From a virus (Duplodnaviria; Caudoviricetes): a DNA stretch of 59,321 nt. The translations under genes and the position numbers were made by a program. The stretch spans positions 1 through 59,321 of the IMG/VR virus record IMGVR_UViG_3300045974_000359; one strand, given 5' to 3'. Below are positions 10,870-23,235 of this stretch, one piece after another. Below the pieces are notes generated by a model. That model was not told the origin of the DNA. It ran no database searches and was given only the letters and a program-made list of their open reading frames with translations. Every line of letters starts with the position of its first letter. Within the stretch, counting starts at the first letter, position 1.

Positions 10870-13800
10870 AAGCATTAACAATCATATTATCAATTATCTT
10901 AATATCTTGCGGAACACCTCATAACATTTGTAAAAAAGATATTAGAATTTCTGGAGAAGTAATCTATGCTGAAAAGCGTGGAAGTTATTTAAGAAACGTA
11001 ACTATTCAAAACGATACTTGTAAAATTAAAATTTACAACGTACCATTAGAGCAACCATTATATAATATTCCTATCTGTAAACATAAAGGAAAATGGTATT
11101 GGGTTATGCCTTAACAAAGTTAATAATTTAAAGATAAATATTATGTCTAAAAAATTCACATCAGAACAATTAAATGAATTAGTTTCAGCATTAACAGGAA
11201 CTTGCGATGAATTAAATTCCGCAATAAACGAACTGTTTGGAGAAGACTATTCAGAAGATGATTTAACGGAAGATGACCATAACTTTATTGATAATGAAAT
11301 CTTTCATTGCGATGACTGCGGTTGGTGGTATGAGATTGCCGAGCAGTCCGAAGTAGAAGATGAACAAGTTTGTAACGATTGTAATGAATGTAGATAATGG
11401 CAAAAGTAAAATTAGACCTTAAAACGGCAGATGGAAAACATTTAAAGGATTTGGAATTTTCAACACCTTTATTCGAGGTTTTAAAAGCACCTGATGGAAA
11501 GTATTATGTTGGAGAAGTAATTGTATTGAATTTAGAATACAGAAAAAATCCTAAAAAAGATATCAAAAAGATATTTCATGATAAGTCGAAAGCTGAGCAA
11601 GAAGTATTCAAAATCAACAAGCTGAATTATTTTCCAAAAATAGAAAACTATAAAGAAAATTTCAAGAAGTCACTAAAGATTTTATCTAACTTTACAGATA
11701 AAGAATTGTATGATTTTGTTCAACTTAATAAAGATAAAATATCATGAGAATAATTCCAATCATTGAAAGTCAAATTAACAATATTCTAATTTTAGGATAT
11801 GAACCAGCTGCTATTCAAATTCATGAAGAAATATTTGATGAGTTTATAGAAGAATGTAAATCATTCATAACTACATCTGAAGACAAACCTGCTATTGATT
11901 TTAAAGTAGCGAGATTTATGGGTTTGGAAATATCAAAAATAAACTATTCGAGAGTTCAATTTGAACAATCAAAAGGTTTTGTAGCACCTGTTCAAGTAAC
12001 TGTTAAAACTTATCACTTGGGAGAGTAATATGGAAATTGAAGAAAAAATTCAAATTGAAAAAGTTATAATTCAAGATGACCTTGAAAGATATACTTTACA
12101 ATTAAAGGAACTGAAAGAAAAACATACTGAGTATGCTATTCATTATTCGATACTAAATGAAATGAGTGATTTGGAAAAGAAAATCCTTATTGCCGAATCA
12201 AAATTGGAAATCTTAAATTATTTGAAACCATGAAAGAAAATGAACCTAAAGGATTTTTCAAAGATGTCCTACTATTCAGAAGTAATAATAAATTTCATAG
12301 ATGGTTAGGAATTTGGACTTGGCTAAACATTCTACATATTATTGTAAGATTTATAATTTTCATAAATAAAATAGTATGAAGAAAGTATTTAAAAATATAG
12401 CACTTGACCCTCACTTACAATCAGAAGTAGATTCAAAAGAAAAAAGATTTGATTTCATAAAAAAGTATTTTGAGGAGCAAGACTATTTAGAAATACAAAT
12501 TGAATTAAAACAAGCCTGTATAAGTATAGGCAATCCTCATATTCAAAAGAAAATAGATAGTGAGGAGTTTCTAAATGATTTCAAATTATCAGGCTTTAAA
12601 ACCTTTGAAGTAATTTATGGTTACCGATTTGAACCAGACTTTGAAAACCCATTTGCTCCAGATAAAAGAGTGAGAGATTGGAATGATACAATAACATTTA
12701 AAATATAATAAATTGGAAATAATTAAAGGCAAAGATTTAATATTCATATCAAATATTCATAGAGATGGAAAGGGAGTTACTGACCTAACTAAAAATGATA
12801 TGAGTCATGAAAATGAAACAAGTTTTAAAGTAGTTTGCTTATCAATAAGTAATAAAACTTTCATTGCTTCAGAGTTCAATAGTTATGTTGTAAAAAAGAA
12901 ATCATAAAAACTAAATAAGATGGCAAAAGAGAAAAAAGAAATTTCTGAAGTAGAAATTATTGTAAGAAAACATTTTGGTAAACAGAATAACTCAGGAATG
13001 GGATTTTTAGAAACCGAAATTGTAAGTTGTACAAACGAACTAAATGAGAAGTTCAATCCAGAAAAACAAAAATTGGATTTTTACAAAAAGTTATTTAACA
13101 AGCTGAAGTTCATATCGGAATACAACGATGCTACAAACTCTCATATCAAGAACTATAAAAAAGAAGTTGAAGAGAATATTGTAAAACTTACAAAGAAACT
13201 ATTTCCAGCACCTAAACCTAAAAAGAATTTAAAGATTAAAGGTAATGGAAAGTAATCTAAAAATTGGCGATACAGTAAGAAGTGTTCGCAAGAGTTTACC
13301 AAAAGGTCATCCACTAACAGTATTTGAGGGAGTTATTGTAAAAATAAAACCTAATATTGTTTGGGGATTTAATATCATAGTTCAGAACGTAACGCCAACT
13401 CCACTATATGAAAGAGGTGAAATGATTGAGTGTAAAAAAGAGCAAGTTGAATTGGTAGATAAAATAAAACCAAACTAATTATGTACGGAGGAGCAGAGGG
13501 TTGTAAGAAATGTAAATATGAAACTGACCCATATAGAAAAAAGTTTAGAAATAAACAAGGACAATGTATTCATACAATAGAAAGTGAAAATAAAGGACTT
13601 TTGATATGGCTAATAATTCTGTCTATTTTAATTCTATTAATGATAAAATTTAACTGAAAATTGTAAAGCCTAAAAAGAATTTGAACTATGGAAAAAGAAA
13701 TTATTATACTAAAGCACTCTACAGCGACTTCCAAGCCTAAATTTAGAACTTTAAATGAGAACGAAAGTATTATTATAATTAACTCTAAAAAGAGTTGTAG

Positions 13801-13894
13801 TAATGCCTTAAATAAACCTAAATTTAAAATGATTGATAAGGCAAACAAAAGAAACTTGGAAACAAGACAAATAATAATTAATCATAAACAATAA
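10866..13894 (+). CDS. Cluster of small hypothetical ORFs, including a lipoprotein-like ORF (10866-11114) and an acidic CxxC..CxxC protein (11143-11397)
   Basis: Coupled ORFs; LISC lipobox-like motif in 10866; Zn-ribbon cysteines in 11143. Confidence 0.5.
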
Positions 13895-13912
13895 CATACA
13901 ATTAAATCAAAG

Positions 13913-13921
13913 CAAGTATTA
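13913..13921 (+). promoter_or_regulatory. Class B (late) promoter-like motif CAA[G/C]TATTA (representative copy)
   Basis: Recurs at 30599, 32683, 36304, 43266, 48339 and 52543, each intergenic and mostly upstream of packaging, virion or lysis genes. Confidence 0.65.
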
Positions 13922-13977
13922 AAATACAAAGAGAATAAAAAGAATAATGTTTATTTGTAAATTGTAAAGACTTAATT

Positions 13978-15090
13978 ATGGAGGAAAATAAAGAAATTCC
14001 TAAAGGAGTAGTAGATGTAGAAGCGTATAATGAAAGTGTAAAGTTAGCCAAACACCCTATTATAAAAAACCCCTACTATACAACAAGTGAGGGTGTAGAA
14101 CTTAATCTTGGTATGATGGTACATATCTTACGCAAGAAAATAGAACATTTACCAGCGACAGAAATCGACAAGATTGAAAAATTAAAAGCGGTTTACTTCA
14201 AAATTAACAATAACCTTACAATCCAGAAACGTAGAGCGTTTGGAAAGAAACAAGGACAAGGACAAGGTAAAACCGAAAACGGCTCAATCTTTGAAAGTCG
14301 CAAAGAGGAACTACTTGAATACTTTGGTAGAATGTTTACAGTAGAAGATGTATTGAAGATTGTAAATATGGAGTGGGGTATTCCTATGGGAAAACATTCA
14401 TTGTACGACTTCAAAATGAAATATGCTGAAGAAGTTAAAAAGAGAATAGACAATCATCAATTAAGTTATCATAACATCAGGCTTGGTATTAAGAAATCAA
14501 GATTGGAAGAGTTATCGGAACTTTACAGAAAAGCAAAGGGAACTTGGGAAGACAACGCCAAACGTGAAGATTTAAGGATATTGCTTACAATATTAGAACA
14601 ATTGCGTAAAGAGGCAGAGGGTGACCGATTAACGATTGATGGAAAGGTTGATATAAAGTATGAGCAAAACATTCAAGTTCATTTAATGAAAGAAGTTTTC
14701 TCAACTACTAACTTAAAAGAAATCATACTTGGTAGAGTTGCCGCCAAAATGGGAATAAACCCAATCAAATTAATCTATTCACTTCAGAATAGTTATTACA
14801 AACAATATAGTAATGTCCTTGGGGATTTTGGTGAAGATGGAGAAAATACAGACTTACCATATCCATCTCAATTAAATTATGATTTTGAACGAATTGGAAA
14901 ACAATTTAATTTGAAAGATAAATTAATTGAAGATGCTATCATTGTTGAAGAAACTCAAAATACAAAAGATTTATCAAAAGGAATTTCTTTAAAAGAGAAA
15001 CTTGCTGCTAAATTGAAAAGTAAAACGCAAGATATTGAAAGATTCAAAACGAAATTAGAAGTAATGGATGAACGAAATAAAGACAAATAA
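13978..15090 (+). CDS. DUF2280-like protein, candidate terminase small subunit
   Basis: HTH-like segment followed by SRLEELSELY...LEQLRKEAEG pattern; preceded by the late motif. Confidence 0.5.
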   Translation: MEENKEIPKGVVDVEAYNESVKLAKHPIIKNPYYTTSEGVELNLGMMVHILRKKIEHLPATEIDKIEKLKAVYFKINNNLTIQKRRAFGKKQGQGQGKTENGSIFESRKEELLEYFGRMFTVEDVLKIVNMEWGIPMGKHSLYDFKMKYAEEVKKRIDNHQLSYHNIRLGIKKSRLEELSELYRKAKGTWEDNAKREDLRILLTILEQLRKEAEGDRLTIDGKVDIKYEQNIQVHLMKEVFSTTNLKEIILGRVAAKMGINPIKLIYSLQNSYYKQYSNVLGDFGEDGENTDLPYPSQLNYDFERIGKQFNLKDKLIEDAIIVEETQNTKDLSKGISLKEKLAAKLKSKTQDIERFKTKLEVMDERNKDK

Positions 15091-15129
15091 TAAAATCTTT
15101 ACAAAGTTAATTAATTAAAATATTTTACT

Positions 15130-15512
15130 ATGGATTTTAAAGAGGTTTACAAGTTTCCATTAAAGATGGATGAGTTAGGTGAAAAGGTTTGGACAACCGA
15201 TGACGAAATGGCGTTTGACTTTTGTGATAGTTGGCTACCAAATAAGAATGCTTTCATAATTCCTGATAAAGACCAAAGAAAGTTAGTTGACCTACTAAAT
15301 TCTGAAGAAAGCATATTTGAAACGAAAACCAAACTTGAATTAAAGTATGAAAACGGAACCATATTTGTCATTCAAAATTTCGTTAAGAGGTCATTCATCA
15401 ATATCAGAGGTTGGGACATCTTACAGGAATAGGAGGTTTGAAATTAAAGGATGATGAAGCAAAAGATTTACAAGACCAATTCGCAAACTATATAATCAAA
15501 AAGTTATCATGA
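15130..15512 (+). pseudogene. Phage hypothetical gene broken by a 1-nt deletion near 15412-15415
   Basis: Adding one G gives IRGWGHLTGIGGLKLKDDEAKDLQDQFANYIIKKLS*, whose stop overlaps the next ATG (15509). Confidence 0.7.
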
Positions 15513-16530
15513 AAACAAAAGAGTACATCGCAGTAAAGAATTTCGTTCATAACGAATTGAAATTAACAAAAAACGATTTTTTAGAACTAATGAAACAAGC
15601 AGTCCAAGAGGAGGCAAAAGCATTCGTTCAAAGAAAGTTCCAAGATTCAGAAACAAGATATGAAGAATTAGCAAAATTAGCAATCACTTCTGAAGCAAAA
15701 TCAATCTTAACAGGAAGACAACACGGAACTCAAGCTGATAAAATGTTTACATTTATCGGTAAAGAAATAGCGAATCAATTTACAATAAAGTTAAAAGAAA
15801 AAGAATAATGAAGCATTTACCAATATTCCTAAAGATTTTATTATTCATTCCTTTCATTGGGATTATGAGTATGATTATTTTAAACGATACAATTTCAGAA
15901 AATCCTAAAACAGTATCATTCTTAATAGCATATCACTTTGCTGTAATTTCAATATTCCTTTCATCAATAACATTTATACAATTATCATGAGCAAGAAAAT
16001 TATGAAGTGCGTTTCAGAGCCATCAGGCAATCAATACTTTGACCACCCTTATTTGATAGGTGAAAAAGTAATCTATGTTGGAGAAGTAGAACCAAAACCA
16101 GATAGCAAGAACTCAGCTCAGTTTCATAAGCAATTCATTAGGATTAAGCGATTAAAACCATTAGAAGACAGAGTTGAGAGCCGCAAGAACTTTGAGTTTG
16201 TATAGAATGGATTACAATCAATTCGACTTAAAAGAAATTTTGAGTCATAAGGAAAGTTTAAATTTAGAAGTTGTACAAAAAAGATTGGTATTGTTAGCAC
16301 TAATAAAAGCCAACTTCAAAATTCGAGTAGCGTTTGAAATAAACTGTAAAGGTAGTTACTACACGTTTGACGCTTATGATAAGTTATACCGAAAACATTT
16401 TCCAGGTGGATTGAAAAATCTAAAGAATCAATTTATGGAACAGTTTGGGTACGCTGAGAATTTCGATGGAAAGTTAATCAAGATTAAATTAAAAAAGGAA
16501 AACAATGAAAAAGATAAAACTTTGGTTTAA
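15509..16530 (+). CDS. Small hypothetical ORFs (15509-15808, 15808-15990 with two TM helices, 15987-16205, ~16207-16530)
   Basis: Coupled ORFs. Confidence 0.5.
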
Positions 16531-16669
16531 GTGTAGATATTGGTATAGTGGATTGTATGATTCAATTATCAAGAATATTAGAATGAGAACAGATGATAGT
16601 GAATTTGTTTATCGTTTCTTCAGATTCAAATACAATCAAGTTAAAAGAGAATATGACGAATGTAAGATA

Positions 16670-16702
16670 TTGTAAATTTATTTTTATATCTTTGTACCAT
16701 AG
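16670..16702 (+). promoter_or_regulatory. Bacteroidota sigma70-type (early) promoter
   Basis: TATCTTTG -7 element at 16687-16694 with upstream TTGTAAAT, matching copies at 24308 and 31207. Confidence 0.7.
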
Positions 16703-16721
16703 TAATCTTTAAAATTGTAAA

Positions 16722-17300
16722 ATGAATATATTTGCCTTGGATATAAGTCCTAAAAAAGCTGCTAAATATCATTGCGATAAACACGCTGTAAAAATGATAT
16801 TAGAAAGTGCTCAAATGATATCGACTGTATTTGATAAATACGATTATCATCAAGACTATATGATAAAGCCTTGTTTTCAAAATCACCCTTGTACTTTATG
16901 GGCTGGAAAGACTTATAAGAATTTATTATGGTTGATAAATTTAGGTAACGAACTTACAAAAGAATATACTTCAAGATACAATAAGGTTCATAAATACAAC
17001 GACATCTTCAGATTAGCATCAGAACATATAGAGTATTTATCAGACAAGTTTCCAGAAGAGGGTTTACAACCATTCGCTATTGCTATGCCTGAATATCTAA
17101 AAGAACAAGCTGTAGAAAACTATTCAAGCGATGACGCAATTCAATTATATCGTCAATATTATATCTTGGAGAAAAATAGATTTGCCGTTTGGAAATATTC
17201 CGAAATGCCTGATTGGTATCGTAAAAGCAAAACGATTAAAAAGAAGATGATATTGGAAAACTTTACAAAGTTAAATTACAAGGTTAAGTTAATAAACTAA
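16722..17300 (+). CDS. Pyrimidine-dimer DNA glycosylase (DenV-like family)
   Basis: MNIFALD..P...A..HCDKH.VKMILESAQM, NHPCT.W, YRQYY. Confidence 0.85.
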   Translation: MNIFALDISPKKAAKYHCDKHAVKMILESAQMISTVFDKYDYHQDYMIKPCFQNHPCTLWAGKTYKNLLWLINLGNELTKEYTSRYNKVHKYNDIFRLASEHIEYLSDKFPEEGLQPFAIAMPEYLKEQAVENYSSDDAIQLYRQYYILEKNRFAVWKYSEMPDWYRKSKTIKKKMILENFTKLNYKVKLIN

Positions 17301-17306
17301 ATTACT

Positions 17307-18340
17307 ATGAAAAGAAGTGAAACTGTAATAAAAGAGAAAATTTTACAATTACTACAATTTCTTCATGAATATCAAGAGCCTTGTTATGTTTATGAACTTG
17401 AAGAGTTATTTCCATCTATGCATCATAAAACAACTTATATTCCTGTGATGAAAGAATTAGGATATATTGAAACAGTTGGAAAGATGAGAAGTCGTCAATG
17501 GTATTATACCAAAGAACATGCTCCAACAATCAAAGATGCTAAACTAATATCTGAAAAAACGAGTCAAAAAAGATTTGAATATAAAAACAAAAATAAAGAG
17601 CCGATGGAAATAAAATTCGACAGAATAGGTAAAAGACAAATTTATGATTGGTTAATGTTTTTATCTAAAGTTAAAGAATCAAGATATCAAGCAATCAAAA
17701 TGGAAACTAAAGTAAATTTATCTTATGTCTTTATAAGAGCCATGCTTGAAAATAATATAATTGGTAAAAAAGATGAGGGTGTTAAAACTAAATACTTCAT
17801 TAAAACCGAAGTGATGCCTAATATTCATATGGTAGATAGGATATACAGAGCAGGACAATCTATTCAACATGCTTATAATAATAAGGCTCAAGATAACAAA
17901 GTTAATAAAATAGAACTTAAAAAAAGATATGAGTCAGAAATGAATGAAGAAGTAGTTGAAGAAAATTATACTTTAGATGACTTTAAAAATCATCTTGAAA
18001 TACTTAAAACAAAGTTATTCAACTCAACAGGAATAAGTACAGAAATGACTGTAAGATTTACTAACCAATTTATAATATAATTATGAAAAGTCAAGAACAA
18101 AAAGACCTTATGGTTGAAAATTTATCGAAAGCTAAAAAAAATGTTTCTAAAGTAGAAAGACCAGTTTGGGATGATACCGATTATGAAAGTTGTATAGAAG
18201 CAAAAATTCAAATCATAAAAGGAACTAAAAAAGTTGAAGATTATGAGGGATTTGACGAACAATGCGATGCTGCTTGTTTAGCTGAAGATTGGTTAAATGG
18301 AGAATTATCTGATAAACAATTATTAAAAAATTTATCATGA
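17307..18340 (+). CDS. Hypothetical proteins (17307-18080 possibly tandem winged-helix; 18083-18340)
   Basis: Two similar halves with wHTH-like patterns (ELGYIETVG / ENNIIGKK). Confidence 0.4.
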
Positions 18341-19188
18341 TAAGTAACCAAACATTCATGCGAATAGCATATCAAGTCGCATCAGAGAGTAAAGCAGAGA
18401 AACGTAAAGTTGGAGCTGTAATTGTAAAAGATAATAATATCATCGCATTAGGATATAACGGAACGCCAAGCGGTTTTGATAATTGTTGCGAAGATGAAGT
18501 TGAAAACTTTTCATACGAACAAAATGAAAATAAGTTAGCAGCTGGAGAAAATTTCGGAACTAAAGAAAAATTATTGAAGACACGTCCAGAAGTTTTACAT
18601 GCTGAAAGTAACGCTATATCAAAATGTGCTCGTTCAACCTATTCTTCAGAGGGTGCCGATATTTTCGTAACTACTGCGCCATGTATAGAGTGTGCTAAAC
18701 TAATAATACAAGCAGGAATCAAGAATGTCTTCTGGAGTGAGGAATATAAGACCATGGATGGAATAAGATTGCTGGAACAGGCAAAAATTTACGTTAAGAG
18801 AGTTATTGTTAAACTTGAACCTATCTTGATTAAAATTCCGAACTCTATGACCGATGAAGAGCGTGAGGAATTTAAAAAGAAGTGGATGGAGTTCCAAGCG
18901 TCAGATAAAACAATTTGGTTACCGAGTGATTGGGATAAAAAATGTAATCATGTTTGGAAAGCTGTTATTGAAGATGATAAACAATTCATTCAATCAAGTT
19001 ATGAAGCAGAATGTATTCATTGCGGAATAAGGGGTGGAGAAAATCCTATTGAATTAAAAAGATTGTATGATGAGCCAGAAGTTAAAGGTATTGTTAAGTC
19101 AATTATGATTTTAGCGAATGAAACTGATAATATTGGTAGATTAGAAAAATTTATAGATAGTAGTTTTGAAACTTTAAAGAATAAATAA
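18337..19188 (+). CDS. dCMP deaminase with C-terminal extension
   Basis: KVGAVIV, GYNGTP, HAESNAI, PCIECAK. Confidence 0.9.
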   Translation: MISNQTFMRIAYQVASESKAEKRKVGAVIVKDNNIIALGYNGTPSGFDNCCEDEVENFSYEQNENKLAAGENFGTKEKLLKTRPEVLHAESNAISKCARSTYSSEGADIFVTTAPCIECAKLIIQAGIKNVFWSEEYKTMDGIRLLEQAKIYVKRVIVKLEPILIKIPNSMTDEEREEFKKKWMEFQASDKTIWLPSDWDKKCNHVWKAVIEDDKQFIQSSYEAECIHCGIRGGENPIELKRLYDEPEVKGIVKSIMILANETDNIGRLEKFIDSSFETLKNK

Positions 19189-19189
19189 T

Positions 19190-20961
19190 ATGAAAACAAT
19201 AATCATTTTAGTAGCCATAGCAATCCTTTTACTAATTGTAAATAAACTTGCTAACAAAGTATATAACTACAATAAGAAATATCCTAAAGAAGATAAAAAG
19301 AAATTCTATTGTTGGAGAGACAAAATGGATTTATTTCTTGACGATAGTTGTATTGAACAGTGTCCGAGATGTAAAAACGTAGAAGATGAAAGATATGAAT
19401 AATAACCAAGAATGTAACGGAACTTGCGAAAGTTGTAATTGTCTTAAAATTAATCAAGATGAGAAATAAAATAGATGAGATTTTTGAGAATATTTCTAAT
19501 GATGAATTAAAACAAGGAATTTTAGAAATAAAAGAGGATGGAGAAAAAGGTTTCATTCGCAATGGAGTTGTTAGAAAATATGCTAAAATTACATCTGAGA
19601 TAATAGGTAAAAGTGTAAGTTTAGACTTATTCATGACAGAACTTAATCTTTTACGTCAAGCAAGTTATCGTTGGGCAAAACCGCCTAAACAAAAATGTAA
19701 ATGCGTACAATCATATTCAGACAATGGAATTTGTTTAACATGTAAAAAACCGAAATAATGGCTAAAGTAACTTACAAAAAGATAGTTGAAGAGAAACTAT
19801 CAGGAATGGAAATTGGAGATAAATTTGATATTGAAAATTTCGTAGAAACGAATTGGGGAACGTATAACTTTTTTGTTCGTAGGAGTTTTGATGTTTACCT
19901 TTGTAAAGCAAAAGCAGAATATCCTGTAAGAAAATTTGAAACCCAAAAAGGACACCTTGTAAGATTGAAATAAATTTTACAAGGTTTATTATTGTAAAGA
20001 AATTAATTAAAATAAAATATCATGGGACAATTAAAAGATTTAACTTGCGCAATGGGTGGTAATTTTTCTATATTGAAATCAATTTTAAATAAAGGTAGAT
20101 ATGTGCCTAAAAAGAAATTGAGAAGCATAATCCAGACTCAAGAAAATATATTATCAGAAATTGAGATTTTACCAACTTCAGACATATCAGACTTTGATGA
20201 AGAAATTAAATTTTTTATTCGAGTTAAGAATGCATCAGGTGGAGCATCTTGGACTGAAGAAATTGCAAAAGATATTCAAAAGGTAGGTGAAAAGATTGCT
20301 TTTGAACATGGTAATAGAATAATTGAGAATTTCAATATGACTTTAAAACCGCATGAAGAAGCAAGAGAACTTGTTGAAGTTTATAAAACTATAACTTATA
20401 GCAAACAAGTAAAACTATCTTAATATGGAAATATTAAAACTAAAATCAGATTTTGAGAAATTAAGTATTCCAACAAAGATACATAGAATATCTCAAGGCA
20501 AAGTAGAACATTTTGTTTATTTAGGAACTAATCCAATGGTATCAAATACTATGGTAGTTTTATGTTCTGGAGATTATACAGATGCCAAATGTCTGAGATA
20601 CCCCGAACCAAGAGAATTTAAGTTTGACGATGAATCGGAATTTAAAGAGGTTTTTGTAAAAGATTATAATTCTCAAGAAGTAGGTGAGATTATGATTAAA
20701 CAACTTTATAGAAAAATAGATGTCGTTCAAGAAATCTATATTCAAACCGAAAACTACAAAAAAGCAAAATCATTCTATGGAAAGTATTTTGAAGAATGTA
20801 AAGGATTGATAGATGAAAATGGTTGGTTAAGAATTTGTAATCAAACGCCAAAATCAATCGTTAAGTTTTCCAGAGAAAATAGAACTATGTTTGAGAGTAG
20901 AACAGAAAATACTCAAGATGCTTATTTAACATTCATTCGTCCAACTTGTAATTTATCTTAA
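19190..20961 (+). CDS. Cluster of small hypothetical ORFs
   Basis: Coupled ORFs 19190-19402, 19459-19758, 19758-19973, 20022-20423, 20425-20961. Confidence 0.5.
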
Positions 20962-21064
20962 TATGGCAATGATTAAAATTGAAGATAAAATTATATATCA
21001 CGGTGATTTTATCATAACGCTACATGGTGACGGAACTTTTACAGTTAAAACTAAAAAATAAATC

Positions 21065-21694
21065 ATGGGAAACTATAAAGAAATCGATGGCGATTTAATC
21101 GAGATGTTTAAAAAAGGTGAGTTTGACGTAATTGCTCACGGCTGTAATTGTTACGCTACTATGGGAGCAGGAATTGCTTTAACAGTAGGTAATGAATTTC
21201 CAGAAGCAAAACAAGCTGATGAAGATTTGGAAATCCCAAACGGAATTAAAAGATTAGGAAAATTATCATATACAGAAATTGATATTGATAAAAAAGCAGG
21301 CTATGATACTTCATTACTTTTCAATCTTTACACTCAATATAATCCAGGCAGAGACTTTAGAATGAATGGATTCATAAAGTCTATCAAGGCTATGAAGAAA
21401 GTAATAAAAGATGAGTTTTCATATATTAACGATAAAGGTAAAAGAGAATTTCTTGGAAACAATGTTAGAATTGGTTTACCATTAATCGGTTGCGGAATAG
21501 CTGGAGGTGATTGGAATGAAGTTAGTGAAGTTATCAAAACTGAACTTTCAGAGTTTGACGTTACAATAGTTCACTTTAAACAAAAAGTAGTAGGAGTGAA
21601 TTATTTTCCATCTAAAAAATATTCCAAGCGACCAAAAGTAAATTGGGAGGACTTATCAGACGATGAGTTTGAAAGAATGTTAAAAGAAATGTAA
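21065..21694 (+). CDS. Macrodomain (ADP-ribose binding/hydrolase) protein
   Basis: GDL, HGCNC..TMGAGIA, NLYTQ, PLIGCGIAGGDW. Confidence 0.9.
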   Translation: MGNYKEIDGDLIEMFKKGEFDVIAHGCNCYATMGAGIALTVGNEFPEAKQADEDLEIPNGIKRLGKLSYTEIDIDKKAGYDTSLLFNLYTQYNPGRDFRMNGFIKSIKAMKKVIKDEFSYINDKGKREFLGNNVRIGLPLIGCGIAGGDWNEVSEVIKTELSEFDVTIVHFKQKVVGVNYFPSKKYSKRPKVNWEDLSDDEFERMLKEM

Positions 21695-21695
21695 T

Positions 21696-22559
21696 ATGGC
21701 AGAGCAAAAGGATTTAAACCCAAAAACATACGATTTAATAAATGTAATTTTAGGGTGCGACATAATTACTACCTTTAATGATAAGTTAGTAGGAACAAAG
21801 GCATATCGTCAAAAACTAAAAGTTCATTCAAAAGGATTGGGTGAAGAGGTTGATAAGGTTTTAGATACGGAACTTGCGAGAATGTATTCAATAGATGAAG
21901 AAATTTATCAGAATATTTCTATCAATATGGAAAGGTTTGTTAAGAACATGTCTAAAAACATTGTAGATATGCGTCCAGATGATTTTCTGGAATTGAATCA
22001 AATCATAGAACTCTATTGTAACAATAAACAAGAGTTTCAAGATTCATTTGAAATAACAATGAGAAAACTAAATGAAAAATAATGATTTAGTCATATTAAA
22101 AAGAAATCAATATAATCTTGTTTTATCAATCAGATTATCTAATTCTGATGAAATAGAATGTCTTAAAAGAAAACTTGAATCCCAATATTCGACTAAAGAA
22201 AGGATTTTATTGGATGAGAAAGTAAGATATGACCACGAACTAAAATCAGAGTTAATTGATTTAGATGAAAAAATAAATAATTTATCAGGATTAAATAAAT
22301 AGTTATGGCAAGAACATTTGTAGAATTTGAAGAAGCATTCATTGACTTATCAGTAATTAAGGCTATTGAAAAATCATCTTCTTGGGATGAAAAGGATGAA
22401 AGAATTGCTTTCAAAATAATTATCAACAATCCTGATAGAATTAAAATTGATTCATTCCTACCAACGTACACTTTCAAATACGCAACCGAAAGACAACGTG
22501 ATAGACTTTTTCAGGAATTAAGAGAGAAACTTGAAGAACAAGATGTTGAATTCATTTAA
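21696..22559 (+). CDS. Three hypothetical ORFs
   Basis: Coupled ORFs 21696-22082, 22072-22302, 22305-22559. Confidence 0.5.
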
Positions 22560-22701
22560 AATAAATAATCATGTGTAAAAAATGTAACTGTACCGATTGT
22601 AAATGCGACAAGCAAAAAATCGACAAAACTAAAAAAGATGCTATATCTAAACAAAAAGATAATAGTATTGGAAATAAACCAAAACAAACATTCGAGAAAT
22701 A

Positions 22702-22974
22702 ATGAATCAAATCAAACCGATTGGTGATAGAGTTTTAATTGAACCTAAAGCACCTGAAACGCAAACTGCCTCTGGAATTATCATACCAGAAAGTACTCAA
22801 CAAAAAACTCAATTTGGTACAGTTATTTCTGTAGGTAATGGTAAACAAGGTGAACCCTTGACCGTTAAAGAGGGTGATTCAGTCATATACGAAAAATATG
22901 CTGGAACGGAAATGAAACTTGGAAACAAGGAATATCTTTTAATGAGAGAAGAACAAATTTTAGCAATACTTTAA
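22702..22974 (+). CDS. groES: Co-chaperonin GroES
   Basis: IKPIGDRVLI, TASGIIIP mobile loop, VKEGD.V, KYAGTE, LMREEQILA. Confidence 0.95.
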   Translation: MNQIKPIGDRVLIEPKAPETQTASGIIIPESTQQKTQFGTVISVGNGKQGEPLTVKEGDSVIYEKYAGTEMKLGNKEYLLMREEQILAIL

Positions 22975-22977
22975 ATC

Positions 22978-23235
22978 ATGGAAAGAAATCCTAAACCAAT
23001 TTTAGTAATCAAAATGCCTGCCTCAACAAGTTTGGCTATGATTCATCAATCTCATAAATATATTGAAGAAAAAAAGATTGAAAATGATTATCATGTTCTT
23101 ATTGTAAGTAATGGAAATAAAGAGGGTGTTGATATTGAAGTTTTTTACGACAAGAATATAAAGGAAACAGATGTTGAACAATTAAAACAATTAATAAAAG
23201 ATGGATTTGAAAGTAAGAGTAATAAACAAGAGTAA
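22978..23235 (+). CDS. Hypothetical protein
   Basis: Coupled ORF. Confidence 0.5.
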   Translation: MERNPKPILVIKMPASTSLAMIHQSHKYIEEKKIENDYHVLIVSNGNKEGVDIEVFYDKNIKETDVEQLKQLIKDGFESKSNKQE

